64,000 nt of DNA from the NCBI RefSeq assembly GCF_030144855.1, contig NC_082714.1, positions 35,836,001 to 35,900,000 of the forward strand, read 5' to 3'. The notes beneath the pieces are model-generated. The model had not been told where the DNA came from, did no database searches, and worked only from the letters and a program-made list of their open reading frames with translations. A program made the translations under genes and the position numbers. Source of the DNA: Hypanus sabinus. Lineage: Eukaryota. Shown piece after piece: positions 1-13,696 of this stretch (positions within the stretch are counted from its first letter, which is position 1; each line of letters opens with the position of its first letter).

Positions 1-29
1 GGAAAAGGGGCCTAGAATGAACAACACTC

Positions 30-330
30 AGATAATACTGGGTTAATGGCCTTTGTTTCTAAAGCAGTTGGGAGATTAGTATTCTACAGAAAGGATAATC
101 CATTTTGGATGTAACTAGCAGAATAGAATAAAAGGAAGACCAGTAGATGAAGAATATCTGGATTTCCAAAAGGCATTTTATAAGTAGAATATATAAGTTT
201 TCTAAACCTAATGATGGCATCAAGATTTTCTGCTCTCAGAGGAGTAATGAGTCTGTGGAACACTCTACTTCAGAAGGTCCAGATCTCACTTATAAATAGG
301 TTCAAAATTGCTAAAGGGTCAGTTAGCCTG
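30..330 (+). mobile_element. Highly decayed CR1-type LINE fragments
   Basis: Remnant RT motif (gaatatctggatttccaaaaggcatttt, YLDFQKAF) and CR1 3' wording (cagaggagtaatgagtctgtggaac). Confidence 0.5.
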
Positions 331-1419
331 GACTATGTGAGGTTAAGGACATAGCTAGAATCTTATTGACTTGTTGGGGACCCTGTACTCCTGCCCCTAT
401 TTCATATAGTCTATTGTTAAGGATTAAAAATCTCACATAAATGGATAATCCAACAGACAAAAGTAGGGAGGACATTTCAATGAAGAATGTATTTACATCC
501 ACTTTAAGATGGTTTCTAGGCAGAATGGTCTGAGCAATTAAAAAACACATTCTTATCACACCTCATGATAATTAAGAAAGCTGCACAATTTAACAAAGAG
601 CAAGAGGGCCAGACATTCAGGAACAAAATTATGAGAACATGAAACTCTCCTTACATGAAGTGTCAGAAGCAAATGTAACGTGTGTCTATTTAAAGGGGAA
701 AAAAAAAGGGAAAAAAATCTTACAGTAAAAAAGATGAAAAGAGGGGTGGATCAAACCCATGTGGAGTCTGAACTCTCAAACACAACTGTTAGGCCAAAGA
801 TATTAGCTGTATCTTCAGTCTAAATTCTACACCATTGTACTCTGCGCCTATCTTTCATATGTAGGCAATGGTCACATTAATAAGCCGTGGATGTCAGCCC
901 ATCCTCACGCAACGAGAGAAAAGCCTGTAGCAGATTCTAGAAAATAAATATTCCAAACAGATAAAGGCCACATGGCTGCACAAACTTGCAAAATTCCAGC
1001 CAAGGGGCATGCAGGCTGCAATGAGCAAAAAAATCCTACAATCACAGGAAATGATATGTTTCTCCTCTCCTCTGTGATTATTACTTTTTAATAAGGTGCC
1101 TGTTTCAGATATTTCACTGTATAGATGGAATGCATAAATCTGAAATTATAAACTCTTTTGATCTTTCACTTGCATTTGATCATCACTGCAGTGAAGGAGA
1201 AATGTACTTGAGTAGCAAATGGAGCAGAGGCTAGCAGGAGAGTTGTGGAAATCTAAAAATATCATATTGTGACTGTACTTCCAATTTAATTCTGAAACTT
1301 GGAATTGCTATTCCAAGTTTCAGAAGATAAGTGCTGTTGTGACCAACTGCAGATTTTTTTTTAGTGACACTCAGTGGACTGGGACAGCAAATTGCGAAGT
1401 CACGTGTTTGGGGCGCTGG

Positions 1420-1922
1420 GGGTGAGGCGTTCTAACGGGGGCAGCCTAGTGCATTTGCTGTGACTGAGGATTTAAAATGGTCTGAGGGGTCTGGACTATA
1501 TACAAGTATATTTGTCTGGTTGTGTTTCTACTAGTATTCTATGTGTGCTTGTATATGCGAGGATTGAGTCTCAAAACCACGGATTCATCTGGTAAGAGTT
1601 GGACGCTGGGACGAGAACTGAGCCTCAAAGAAACAGCATCACCTAGCAGGCATCAGGGGCCAGTCGACAGATGACAGCGGTGGGCTGGGAGGGTCTGGAC
1701 TACACTCCGCGTCATATTTTACTGATGTACTATATGGGTTTGTTGACATGTATGTGGTGTCGCGGGGAGGTGGGCGTCAGGACTCTTGTTACCTGATCGT
1801 GACTTTGTGTGTGACTGTTGGTGATGTGTCTTTGCACCTTTACCTGGTAGTAACACTGCCTCCTTTGACTGTATTCATGAGTATTCATGTATGGTTAAAA
1901 GGCAATTAAACTTGAATTGAAC
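1420..1922 (+). repeat. SINE-like repeat with Rex1-type tail (attaaacttgaattgaa)
   Basis: GC-rich head, GT-rich body and short tandem tail. The body resembles 42300-42650 (ctgtattcatg.gtattcatgtatggt). Confidence 0.4.
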
Positions 1923-2030
1923 CAAATATAGTTAGAATACTGGGAGGTCGCAGCATCACTGGCAAGAGCTTTAAGTTATAGTGGCAGATAGGAATGAAGC
2001 TGTATCAGTTATTATAACTATATACAACTA

Positions 2031-2777
2031 TATTTGTGGAGATCATTGTGGACTTCAGGCCTGCTAGGAGCCACACTCACGTCCCCATCTACATCAATGG
2101 AGCTGTAGTGGAGCGTGTATCAAGCTTCAAATTCCTTGGTGTCCACATTTCCGAGGATCTCACCTGGTCCCTGAACTCCTCCATCCTGATCAAAAAGGCA
2201 AAACAGCACCTTTATTTCCTGAGGAGCATCAAGAAAGCTCACCTCTGTCCCAGGATACTGACGGACTTTTACCGCTGTACCATTGAGAGCCTACTCACCA
2301 ACTGCATCTCAGTGTGGTATGGCAATTGTCCTGTATCAGACCGCAAAGCACTCCAGCGTGTGGGGAAAACTGCCCAGTGGATTATTGGCACCCAATTACC
2401 CACCATTGAGATCATCTAGTATAAACGCTGCTTGGGCACGGTGAAAAGCATTATCAAGGATGCATCTCACCCTCACCATGGACTTTTTACTCTCCTCCCA
2501 TCCGGTAGGCGCTACAGGAGCCTCCGCTCCTGCACCAGCGGGCACAGGAAGAGCTTCTTCCCTGAGACTGTGACCCTGTTGAACCTCACATCACAGCGCT
2601 AAGCAGTATTGCACCCATATTGTACCATCTTAGTACTTTTATATCTGTATGCTGTAGCACTTACTTTAGTTTTGTAAATAACACTATTCTTTGCATTTCT
2701 GGTTAGCTGCCAACTGTATTTCATTTGGCTTCGTATCTGTACTCGGCACAATGACAATGAAGTTGAATCTAATCTAA
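2031..2777 (+). mobile_element. Rex1/Babar-clade LINE, 5'-truncated 3' end
   Basis: ORF 2036-2419 EIIVDFR..HVPIYINGAVVERVSSFKFLGVHISEDLTWS..KKAKQHLYFLR is a typical Rex1 post-RT region. Tail gttgaatctaatctaa. Confidence 0.85.
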
Positions 2778-2789
2778 TAAGCAGATATG

Positions 2790-2990
2790 TGCCATATGAG
2801 GGGCATAATTTTAAGTTGATTGGAGGAAAGTATGGGTGGATGTCAGAAGTAGTTGTTTTACACAGGTAGTGGTGGGTGTGTGGAACCCATCCTAAGTGGT
2901 GGTCCAGGCAGTTACATCAGCAACATTTAAGAGGCTCTGAGACAGGCACATGGATGAAAGGATAATGCAGGACGATGTGGAACCGAGCTG
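2790..2990 (+). mobile_element. CR1 LINE 3' fragment
   Basis: RGHNFK / GVWN / TFKRL-like remnants. Confidence 0.6.
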
Positions 2991-3164
2991 CGTCGAGCTA
3001 ATTGCGCCATCATTGAAGGGAAGGCCAGCAGTTTTGAAAAATATTATGCTTTTATTTTCTGCTTCCCTGTGGAAAGATGCAAAGGATGAAGCTGCCTCTT
3101 TGTGCCACAGACAGCGCCAATTGCCTCCCTTATACACCAGCACTTACCTTAGAAATTACTAGGT

Positions 3165-3652
3165 TTACCTACAGCCCTCTATTTTACTAAGTTCCATGTA
3201 CCTGTCTAAAAGCCTCTTAAAAGACCCTATCGTATCTGCCTCCACCACTGTTGCCGGCAGCCCATTCCACACATTCACCACTCTCTGAGTAAAAAACTTA
3301 CCCCTGACATCTCCTCTGCACCTACTCCCCAGCACCTTAAACCTTTGTCCTCTTGTGGCAACCATTTCAGCCCTGGGAAAAAGCCTCTAACTACCCAGAT
3401 TATCAATGCTTCTCATCATCTTGGACACCTCTATCAGGTCACCTCTCATCCTCCTTCGCTCCAAGGAGAAAAGGCCGAGTTCACTCAACCTATTCTCATA
3501 AGGCACACTCCTCAATCCAGGCAACCTCCTTGTAAATCTCCTCCTCCGCACCCTTTCTATGGTTTCCATGTCCTTCCTGCAGCGAGGTGACCAGAACTGA
3601 GCACAGTACTCCAAGTGGGGTCTAACCAGGGTCCTATAGCTGCAACATTACC
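3165..3652 (-). mobile_element. CR1 LINE 3' fragment
   Basis: [25 protein letters not shown] and FFTQRVVNVWNGLP..FKRLLDRYM. Confidence 0.9.
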
Positions 3653-4185
3653 TTCAGCAATGTGAGTTCAAATCTCACTGCAGTAAGCACCTCTTTAAAT
3701 TCAGCTAATTGTGAAAATAGTACGAACAATAGTAACCATTGGATTGTCATTAAAACCCCATCAGGTTAACAACCATCTTCCAGGAAAGGAAGTCTGCTAA
3801 GTTATATTTAATTCTAAATTCGAATCAATGTGATCCACCAAAGTTACTCAGTCCAAAGGCAATTAAGAACAATCAATAACTGAACACATTCCTGAAAGGG
3901 GTAATTCAGTATTGGAGAAGTGGGCTTCAGAATTCACTGTGGTATGCTGCACTGTGTTAGCGGCATTTGCATATTAGATGAGCAAATGAGGAGTAAAACA
4001 TTGAGTAGCACAATAGAAGGGGGCAGGTTAAGGAGTCCTTTTCTCCTTGGGTGTATGCAAACAAATAGAAGTAAACTCAAGCTTAATTCTATACTTACTA
4101 ATAGCTCTTACCCTCACTATTTCTAGTTATAGTCATAATGAACAAATAACAACCGTTATACATTTCAATCCAGTTTTATAACTGG

Positions 4186-4730
4186 ATTCTGGAGTATTGT
4201 GTACAGTTCTGGTCACTGAATTATAGGAAAGATGTCAACAAAATAGAGAGAGTACAGAAGAGATTTACTAGAATGTTACCTGGGTTTCAGCACCTATGTT
4301 ACAGAGAAAGGTTGAACAAGTTAGGTCTTTATTCTTTGGAGCGTAGAAGGTTGAGGGGGGACTTGATAGAGGTATTTAAAATTATGAGGGGGATAGATAG
4401 AGTTGATGTGGATAGCCTTTTTCCATTGAGAGTAGGGGAGATTCAAACAAGAGGACATGAGTTGAGAGTTAAGGGGCAAAAGTTTAGGGGTAACACAAGG
4501 GAAACTTCTTTACTCAGAGAGTGGTAGCTGTGTGGAACGAGCTTCCAGTAGAAGTGGTAGAGGCAGGTTCAATATTGTCATTTTAAAAAAAATTGGGTAG
4601 GTATATGGATAGGTATGGAGGGTTATGGGCTGAGTGCAGTTTGGTGGGACTAGGTGAGAGTAAGCGTTCAGCACGGACCAGAAGGGCCGAGATGGCCTGA
4701 TTCCGTGCTGTAATTGTTATATGGTTATAT
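4186..4730 (+). mobile_element. CR1 LINE 3' fragment with 3' UTR
   Basis: ORF 4273-4527 LGLYSLERRRLRGDLIEVFKIMRG; tail gttatatggttatat. Confidence 0.9.
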
Positions 4731-4778
4731 AAATTAAATGTTGTTATATTACATAGAAAAGTAACATTATTGTGTATG

Positions 4779-4912
4779 AACAAGAGAAAATCTGCAGATG
4801 CCGGAAATCAAATCAACGCACACAAAATGCTGGAGGAACTCAGCTGGCCAGGCAGCATCCATGGAAAAGTGTAAACAGTTGACGTTTCAGGCCAAGACCC
4901 TTCAGCAGAACT
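4779..4912 (-). mobile_element. Solo Penelope (Neptune-type) pLTR with hammerhead-ribozyme relic
   Basis: Reverse complement matches the terminal repeat at 33040-33175 and contains tagtt-CTGCTGA-agggtcttggcct-GAAAC-gtc-aactg. Confidence 0.75.
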
Positions 4913-4928
4913 ACTGTGCATGAATAAA

Positions 4929-5025
4929 TTCTTCTCGGGTTTCCAGCCGTGTACAGGTATCGATTATAACCAACATTTTGATGACCATCTTCATCACAGA
5001 TCATCTTCATCACAGATCATCATCA
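4929..5025 (-). mobile_element. Short fragment of the Poseidon-type pLTR with a small tandem duplication
   Basis: ttcttctcgggtttccagc...aaccaacattttgatgac matches 43587-43631. catcttcatcacagat occurs twice. Confidence 0.6.
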
Positions 5026-6574
5026 TTAAAGGAGCAGTGTTTACACTACCAGAAGGATGACTTTTATGAACAGACAGTTACCCTCCTGGATATAGGTTTG
5101 CAACTCAAAAACGGCTCATAGTTTTAGAGGAGAAGAGATTCTGCATGGGAGCAGTTCACCGTTGTCTTGAATGAAGAGGTGTTGCATGTGAACTGATTAC
5201 CTTCCTGAATGAGCAGAAAGACACAACTCTTTTCCTACCTGAGCAGGGTTAAGGCATGTATGAACTCAGTTCTTCACTGCAGGGACATGCCTCTAACATT
5301 TACACAAGCTTTCCTTGTGAGTTGAGTCCAGCTCAGCTTACACGGATGGTCGATGTCCTGAGGTTGTAACAACGGACTGGGTGCCAACCAGTTGCTGCAC
5401 CCGTGGTCCAGAAGGGGCTACCCATTGTGCAGGTTCAACACTGACATCCCACCACTTCCACAAATGAGTTTACTAATTCTTTCCCACCATGACCTCTCAG
5501 ATAGTTTGTTCACTCATATCCATAACCACCCTTGCCAGGATGTTCTTTCAGTTTGCTCTGGGTGTCACTCTGAAACCAGGCCACCTCTGGCAGATGTTCC
5601 TTGACATCTGTACCCATAGACATGTTCAGGAACCCAAGGAACAAGGAGTCTTGCAGCAAAATATATCATAACCATACAGGGAACAGAGTGATATAACACT
5701 ATGATATTAACAAACAACTATAAAATAGTTGAACGGGAGAGGCACTGGGGCATAGATTTTCCATTTCTATATTACATAATTTGTTATAAGTTATTCTCCA
5801 GACACTAACAGTGCTCAAATGCATTGTTATTTAAGGTACATCACATCCTTCAGTGTACAAAGATGGGCCAGATGGCCTAATTCTGCTCCTATGTCTTATG
5901 GTCTTATAATTGACCTGCTTGAGGCAGCTGTTGCTATTGCTGCCCACTCATTAATGCCAGCTGGAAGGGAAGATAAAATGTCAATGATAACCTTTCATGT
6001 CAATGTGTTTGAGAACATTTCTGATAGCCACTAGACAGAGAATGATGCTTTTCCATTGCAAATTGAATAGTTCATTACAGTGGATCACATAATTATTAAA
6101 TAATTTGACTGATACTGCGGCTGCTTTGTTAATCTGTCAGTGATGGAATGTGACCTCCAATGAAAAGCTGATCTCTATCTCTGAGTTTCCCTCTCTTGCT
6201 CACTGTGCTTTTCATGTCTCTTTTAGGAAGCATCTCTTTGTTGGCGAGTTCCTTGTAGCTTTCTTGCTCATTCAGCTAGAAAAAAAGGCTGCTGATGCTT
6301 AGCCAGGACATCCAATGGTAGAATTTATCACAGCTCAACTCCCCTAGCTATTGCAGCTCTTCAGGGTGGACTTTATGGCAAATTGTGCTCTGTTCCTCAT
6401 CTGGCATTGGCTGCTGCCTAGAGTTTGCTAAACTCTCCAACTCACCCTGAATAGTTTGCTATATTTATCCCAAAGCCCCCACTGCTGAAGCCACTAGTTC
6501 TGAATCGGTAGCCAAGTGGCTAAATGGTGGGATATACTTGAGCATTCTCGTCAGTTCTGAGACTAACAAGGCTT

Positions 6575-7073
6575 TCCCCTCAATATCAGGAGAGTGTCAG
6601 CAGAAACTGTCCCCCTAAGAGTGAGGTCTGATCGATCTAAGCACAGGGCCAATTTGGAAAGGTCGGATACGGGCCGGAACGTAGCAGCAGAGTCCAGACC
6701 CAGAGCATATCTACGCGACAGAGCCCGTATCTTAAAGCGAGGAATGACCCAGTGTTGGGGTACTTTAAACATCAGGACCAGAGTTGAGGGTCAGGCCAGC
6801 TCGCTGCTTCACAGCATTTTCTCTGCTCTGAAGCTGAGGTTGTTCCAGCTGCTCTGGGCTTCATGCCTATGGCCTCACTTTTGTTCTGAATGTTGTTTTT
6901 TAGTTTTTATTGTTTGCACAATTTGAGTTTTTTTTCCTCTCTCTGATTTTTTTGGGTCTTTTTTTTAATGGGTTCTTTTTGGGCTTCTTGTCTTGTGACT
7001 GCCTATAAGGAGACAAATCTCGAAGTTATATAATATATACATACTTTGATAATAAATGTACTTTCATCCTTGA
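6575..7073 (+). repeat. SINE-like repeat (CpG-rich head, T-rich body, aataaatgtactt tail)
   Basis: 3' body resembles 20590-20790 (ctgtgaagaacaagaatctc / ctataaggagacaaatctc). Confidence 0.4.
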
Positions 7074-7199
7074 AATATCGGGAAAAGCAAGCAAAAACAC
7101 AATGTTCCCGTAACTCTACCGACAATGTCCCAAGAAACAAGTTTGTGTGGCTTTGAAATCCAATTTAGATCAGAAGCATGCGCTGTTGAATTGTGTCAT

Positions 7200-7785
7200 T
7201 ACATGAGTTGGGATGTTATGTTGAAGTTGAATAAGAAGTTGGCAAGGCCTAATTTGGAGTATTGCATGCAGTTTTGGTCCCTTTCCTACAGAAAAGATAT
7301 TAATAAGATTGAAAGAGCGCAGAGAAAATTTATAAGGTTGTTGTCAGGACTTTATGAGCCAAGTTATAGTGAAAGGATGAATGGTTAGGATGTTATTCTC
7401 TAGAGCGTAGTAGAATGAGGGGAGATGTCAAAGAAATATACAAAATTAAAAGGAGTATAGACAAGATAACTGCAAGCAGGCTTTTTCCACATAGGTTGGG
7501 TGAGACTAGAACTAGAAGTCATGGGTAGAGGATGAAAGGTGAAATGTTTAAGGGGAACTTGGTCATTTAGAGGATGGTGAAATTGTGGAATGAGCTGCCA
7601 GTGGAAGTACTGGATGTGGGTTTGATTTCAACATTTAAGAGAAATTTTGATAGATACATGGATGGGAGTGCTATGGAAGGCTGTGATCTGGGTGCAGGCC
7701 AATGGGAGTTGGCAGATTAATAGTTTGACATGGACTAAATGGGCTAAAGGGCCTGTTTCTGTGCTGCAATGTTCTACGACTCCAT
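7200..7785 (+). mobile_element. CR1 LINE 3' fragment
   Basis: RPNLEYCMQFWSLSYRKDINKIERAQRKF; 3' UTR gggcctgtttctgtgctg. Confidence 0.85.
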
Positions 7786-8289
7786 GTAGAGTCAAAGTGT
7801 CATTCAAAACAGAAACAGGCCCTTTGGCTCAACTTGTCCACGCCAACCATATTGCCGAAGTTGTCAGTAAAATGGTTGCTGTGACAACATGAACCACAAC
7901 CAGAAATGCCTGACCAATTTCACTATTAGTGTCAGTGACTCTAAATCAGTTTAGGGTCACTCAGTGTTTAAGCAAATAGCGCAATGCAATCTAATTTTTA
8001 GACTTCAGTAATTTGACATTGGCTTAGCGAAAAATATTACTTAGCTGCCTGTCAAAGATTTCCAGCGGTTTTTGGAGGTCTCCTTTTCCCCTCAGCTTCA
8101 GCCCATCTGGCTGATTAACTTTTCAGACTCTCAATGAGGATGGAGCCAGCCACATAGAATAAGTTGGTCCAGGGAGACCCACACTGTCATTTCTTTCACA
8201 GGTCAGTAACGTCCTGTCATGAATGTGTTTTTTATTCGATGCTGCGCAGTGATAAAGGAAAGGAAATACATTCACAATTTGAAATCTGA

Positions 8290-8695
8290 TTCATAGATTC
8301 GACAAGGAAACAGGCCCTTCTGCCTAACTGACCCATGCTGACCAAGATACCTTTACAAGCAAATCCCATTTGCCTGCATTTGGTAGGCAAATAACCCTCT
8401 AAACCAGGTGTTCCAAACCATTTTCATAGCGTGGACCCCGACCATTAACCAAGGGGTCTATGGACCCCAGGTTTTGAACTACTACTACGTCAGCTCAGGC
8501 CTAGGGGGTCGGGTATGGAACCCCTACTCTAAACCTTTCATTTATATCCATGTACCGAACTACATGTCTTTTAAATTGTATGCTCCTCTATCGCTTCCTC
8601 TGGCAGCTCACTTCATATACCTACATCTTTTGTATGAAAAAATTGCCCCTTAGATCCCCTTCAAATCTTTTACCCCTCATTTTAAACATATAAAC
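8290..8695 (-). mobile_element. Decayed CR1 3' end interrupted by a hAT MITE
   Basis: ggaaacaggcccttc terminus and cccttcaaatctttt remnants flank the MITE. Confidence 0.55.
8405..8526. mobile_element. hAT (Charlie-like) MITE with 8-bp target site duplication CTCTAAAC
   Basis: TIRs caggtgttcc...ggaaccccta. CTCTAAAC at 8397-8404 and 8527-8534. An 8-bp TSD of the NTCTAGAN type is typical of hAT-Charlie. Confidence 0.8.
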
Positions 8696-10152
8696 TCTGG
8701 AAATGCACACAAGATGCTGAAGGAACTCAAATCTGTATTCGGTTGTCTAATTACTAGTTCATAGCTCAGGCATGGTTAACTCTGCAATAAGCCACATTTT
8801 TAAACCATAAGCAAACCTGCTCATCTTTCTGCAAAATGTCACGTAATAAAGGTATTTGGATCTGGTGCATGTTTTTTAATGAGAAACTGCAACCAAGTAT
8901 TGGCAGGGCTTGAAGCAAACCTGCTAAAATAATCAGGCAGGAAAACTAAGAGATCAATCTTTCTGTGGGTGATGTATGAGTCAGAGCCCAGAGGGCTAAC
9001 TCCAAGGCACATGTAGAGTGGACTTAGAGCAACTTACTGCTCTAAAAATAGAAGAGATCATCAGCACAAATAGAGCACAGGCTAAATAAATTACTTTGCA
9101 GCTTGTTTGAGGAAGACAGTTTAAGCCAAGGAGGGTGTGAGTCATCTCCTATCTTTTTCCAAACAGTGTTGTAAACCCACATGTTGTTTGTGTCAAAGAT
9201 CATTAAACTGCTTCCCCTTGCATCTGGCTTTCTGTAAAGCAGGTAGTGTTTGAAGGGTTTCTCAAAATGTATTTAAAAATAGTTAAAATGGAACAACACT
9301 TGAAGAAAGTCAGATCTTTGAGTGCAACATTTTGTACGTTGATGCATATGAAAGAAGAACCATGCCACTGACGCAATGGGCCAAATAGTCTTCTTTTCTG
9401 TGACTAAAGGCCTATGGTTCCAAGTAGTTAACCAGAAATGAACATTGACCTTGAAATCTATGGTGGACATATTGAATAAAACCTTTAAATCGCTTGGATT
9501 TAAATAAACATCTTAACTAAACTGATTTGTGTTGCTTCCTTCAAACATTCATTCCTTAAACCTACCAGCAAAACCCTAATCACTACAATTTATCAATATT
9601 ATGGCCATATTGCAATAAAATCAACTTTGTTTTCTTCTTATTCTAATTGAGTTTTATTGTAAAACATTTGCACAATTATTGATTTATGTTTTTCTTCAGA
9701 ATGCTGCTTTGATAAAGACACGTGCCTGTGATGTTGCTACAAGTAGGTATTGCTTGCACCTCTGTGTACATGTACTTGTCCATATCACAACAAACTCAAC
9801 TTTGGCATTGACTTACTCAGTCTACATGAATATAACTGAGAAAAAATACACATTGATGAATTTCTGAAGTTCTTTTCTGTCTTGGAAATATTGTATTGCT
9901 GCCGCAAAACAATAAATTTCATGTCATGTACACAGTGATAATAAACTTGAGTCTGATTCTGATATATCATCAAGACGAACACAAAGTAACAGCCCTCTAT
10001 TTCCAATACTGGATGTATAAACCATGTCTGATCTGAAATAATCAAACCCTGTCAGGACCTCTGAATACATTGTCATGCCTATGGCAGCCAAGATCACTAT
10101 GCTCAGTCGGAGGTGGAGCAATAGTGTGTTTTATATTGCTATTGTGCTCCAT

Positions 10153-13100
10153 CATAAGAGCATCAGACATAGGAGCAGAAATAGGCCATTTGGCCCACCA
10201 AGTCAGCTCCACCATTCAATCATGGCTGATCCTTTTATCCCCTCCTCAGCTACTGGCATGGTTAGAGCATTGGCTGAGTGATAGGAGGCAGCTAGTGGGA
10301 ATATAAGATGTCCTGTCATGGTTTGCATGTGCCAACAAATTCCACAAATTCACCACCCTCTGGCTATAGAAATTTCTCCACTACACTGTTTAAATGAATG
10401 TGCCCTTTTGTCCCAGACTCCCCTACCATGGGTCACATCAATTCCACATCTACTCTGTCTAGGCCTTTCAATATTCAACAGGTTTCAGTGAGATTCCCCC
10501 TCATCCTTCTAAATCCCAGCGAGTACAGACCCAGAGCCATTGAACGTTCCTTGTATGATAACTCTTTCACGTCCAGACTATGAACCTCCTCTGAACCCTC
10601 TTCAAAGCCAGCACATCTTATTTTAGATGAAGAGTCCAAACCTGTTCACAATACTCAAGGTGAGGCCTCACCAGTACCTTATAAGGGCTCAGCATCACAT
10701 CCCTGCTCTTGTATTTTAATTCTCTTGAAATGAATACTAACATTACATTTGCCTTCCTCATCACTGACTCTACCTGCAGGTTAACTTTTAGGCTGTTCTG
10801 CCTTTGCATCTCAGATTGTTGGATTTTCTCCCCACTTAGAAAATAGTCTGCATATTTTTATCTACTACCAAAGTGCAAGAACATGCATTTTCAACATTGT
10901 ATTTAATTTGCCACTTTCTTACCCATTTTCCTAATCTGTCTAAGTCCTTCTGCAGCCTTCCTGTTTTTTCAACTCCACCTGCCCCTTCACCAATCTTTGT
11001 ATCATCTACAAACTTGGACACAGAGCCATCTATTCCATCATCTAAATCATTAATATACAGCATAAGTAGAAGCGATCCCAACACTGACCCCTGCAGAACA
11101 TCACTAGACACTGTCAGCCAACCAGAAAAGGATCCTTTTATTCCCACTCTCTGCCTCTCACTCAGCCAATGCTCTAACCATGTCAGTAGTTCCAGTAATT
11201 ACTGTAATACCATGGGCTCTTAACTTGGTAAGCAGCCTCATGTGTGGGACCTTATCAAAGGCCTTCTGAAAGTCCAAATATACAACATCCACTGCATCCT
11301 CTTTATCTAACCTACATGTAATCTCAAAGAATTCCAATAGGCTTGTCAAGCAAGATTTTCCCTATCTTGTCCTGTGGCACCAAGTACTCCATAAGCTCAT
11401 CCTTAACAATTAACTCCAATACCTTCCCAACCACTAAGATCAGGCTAATATGTCTATAGTTTTACTTTTTGCTGCCTTCCTCCCTTCTTAAAGAGTGGAG
11501 TGTTATTTGCAATTTTCTAGTCCTGGGACACCATGCTAGAGTCCAATGATTTTGAAAAATCATTACTAATGCCTCCACAATCTCACCGCTACCTCTTCCA
11601 GAACACTAGGGTGCAGTTCTTCTGGTCCGGGTAACTTATATACCCTTAGGTCTTTCAGCATTTTGTGCACCTTCTCCCTTGTAATAGTAACTGCACCCAC
11701 TTCTCTTCCCTCACACCCTTTGACATCTGGCACACTGCTAGTGTCTTCCACAGTGAAGACTGATGAAAAATACACTTTTAGTTCATCAACCATCTCCTTG
11801 TCCCCTGTTACTATTTCTCCCGCCTCATTTTCTAGTGGTTCTATATGAACTCTCATCTCTCTTATTTTTTATATACTTGGAAAAAGCTTTTACTATCCAC
11901 TTTGATACTGTTTGCCAGTTTGCTTTCATATTTCATCTCTTCCCTCCTAATGATTCTTTTCGTTGCTCTCTGTAGGATTTTAAAAACTTCCCAATCCTCT
12001 ATCTTCCCACCAATTTTTGCTTTATGCTATGACCTTTCTTTTGCTTTTACATTACCTTTGACTTCCTTTGTCAGTCACAGCTGTACTATTTTTCCGTTTG
12101 AGTATTTCTTCATTTTTGGAATACATCTATCCTGCAGCTTCCTCATTTTTCCCAGAAACTCACACCATTTCTGCTCTGTTGTCATCCCTGCCAGCATCTC
12201 CATTCAATTTACTTCAGCGAACTCCTCTCTCATACCACTGTACTGTCCTTTATTCCACTGAAATACTGCTCTGTCAGACTTTACTTTCCCCCTGTCAAAT
12301 TTCAGGTTCAACTCAATCGTATTGTGATCACGGGTTCCTAAAGGTTTCTGTACCTTAAGCTCCTTATCGGTTCCAGGTCGTTACATAACACCGAATCCAG
12401 TGTAGCTGATCCCCTAATGGGCTCAATGACAAACTGCTCTAAAAAGCCATCTCATAGGCATTTAACGAACTCACTCTCTTGCGATCCATTACCAACCTAA
12501 ATTTCCAATCGACCTGCATGTTAAAACCTCCCATGACTATCATAACATTGCCCTTTAACACACCTTTTCTATCCCCTGTTATAACCTGTAGTCCACTTCC
12601 CATCTACTGTTGGGGACCTGTATATAAATGCCATCAAGGTCCCTTTACCTTTGCAGTTTCTTTAATCAACCCACAAGGATTCAACATCTTTCAATCCTGT
12701 GTCACATCTTTCTACTGATTTAACGCCATTCTTTACCAGTAGAGCTTCAACAGCCTCTCTGCCGACCTTCCTATCCCTCCGATACAACATGTAACCTTGG
12801 GCATTCAGCTCCCAACTACAACCATTATTCAGTCGCAATTCTGTGATGGCCACAACATCATACTCAACAATCTGTAATAGAGCAACAAAATCATCCACCT
12901 TATTTCTTATACTCCGTGTATTGAGATATAACATTTTGAGTACTGTATTTGCTTCAATCTGTGATTCTGCATCCCTAATGCACCGATACCCTGCTGGCTG
13001 CAATTTTGACCTGTCATCTGCCTGCCCTTCCTGCCAGTCTGACTGCACACTATCTTTGCTTCTTTTTAATCATCTGTCCTATCCCAAGTTCCTTCACTCT

Positions 13101-13270
13101 GGTTCCCACCCCTTGCCAAATTAGTTTAAACCCTCCCCAACAGCTCTAACAAACCTGCCCGTGAGAATTGCCCCCCCCTCAGGTTCAGCTGAAACCCGTC
13201 ACTCTTCTACAAGTCATACCTCCCTCAGAAAAGAACCAGAAGCCCTGCCCCCTGCACCAGCTTCTCAGTA
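10153..13270 (-). mobile_element. Long decayed CR1 LINE (end of ORF1, APE endonuclease, RT, 3' UTR)
   Basis: Endonuclease start YLNTRSIRNKVDD..YDVVAITE (12662-13048); RT motifs VVYLDFQKAFDKVPH, QGSVLGSLL..YINDLD, KFVDDTKIG; LVRPHLEYC. Many frameshifts. Confidence 0.92.
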
Positions 13271-13696
13271 TCATGATCACTATCATGATTAGTATCAGAG
13301 TCATTATTATAACAGTGAGTGAAGCAAAAAGCAAGGTAATCAAAATGTAGCAGTATTTGTAGTATAAGCGTGGGATAACGGGGGGGGGGGGGGGACATCC
13401 ATCAAGCTATCTCTTGCACACCTTTGTTGACCCCTCTCAGTCTCATCCTTAATCTTCTGACTTCCTTACATTTACCTTTCATCTTCTCTGAGGCTCTTTT
13501 GGGCTACAAGTATAGTCAAAAAATGTTGTGCTAACATACATAAGTTGCTTATGTCTGGAATCACTGGGCCTGAGACTGGTAACATAGATAATCTAGTGAC
13601 TTAATCTCCTATTATTTATTCATAATAATATAGTGTATGGTACAATGGGGGTAAAACTGCGTGTGAATGATTGAAAGTGTACAGGAGGCTTGACCT

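Noticed and set aside
5040-5680. Possible decayed element or exon
   Set aside because: I could not assign any protein motif or termini on either strand.
13379-13394. Poly-G runs (also about 59482-59500) as functional G-quadruplexes
   Set aside because: Simple homopolymers, one inside a Penelope element; no supporting context and prone to sequencing error.
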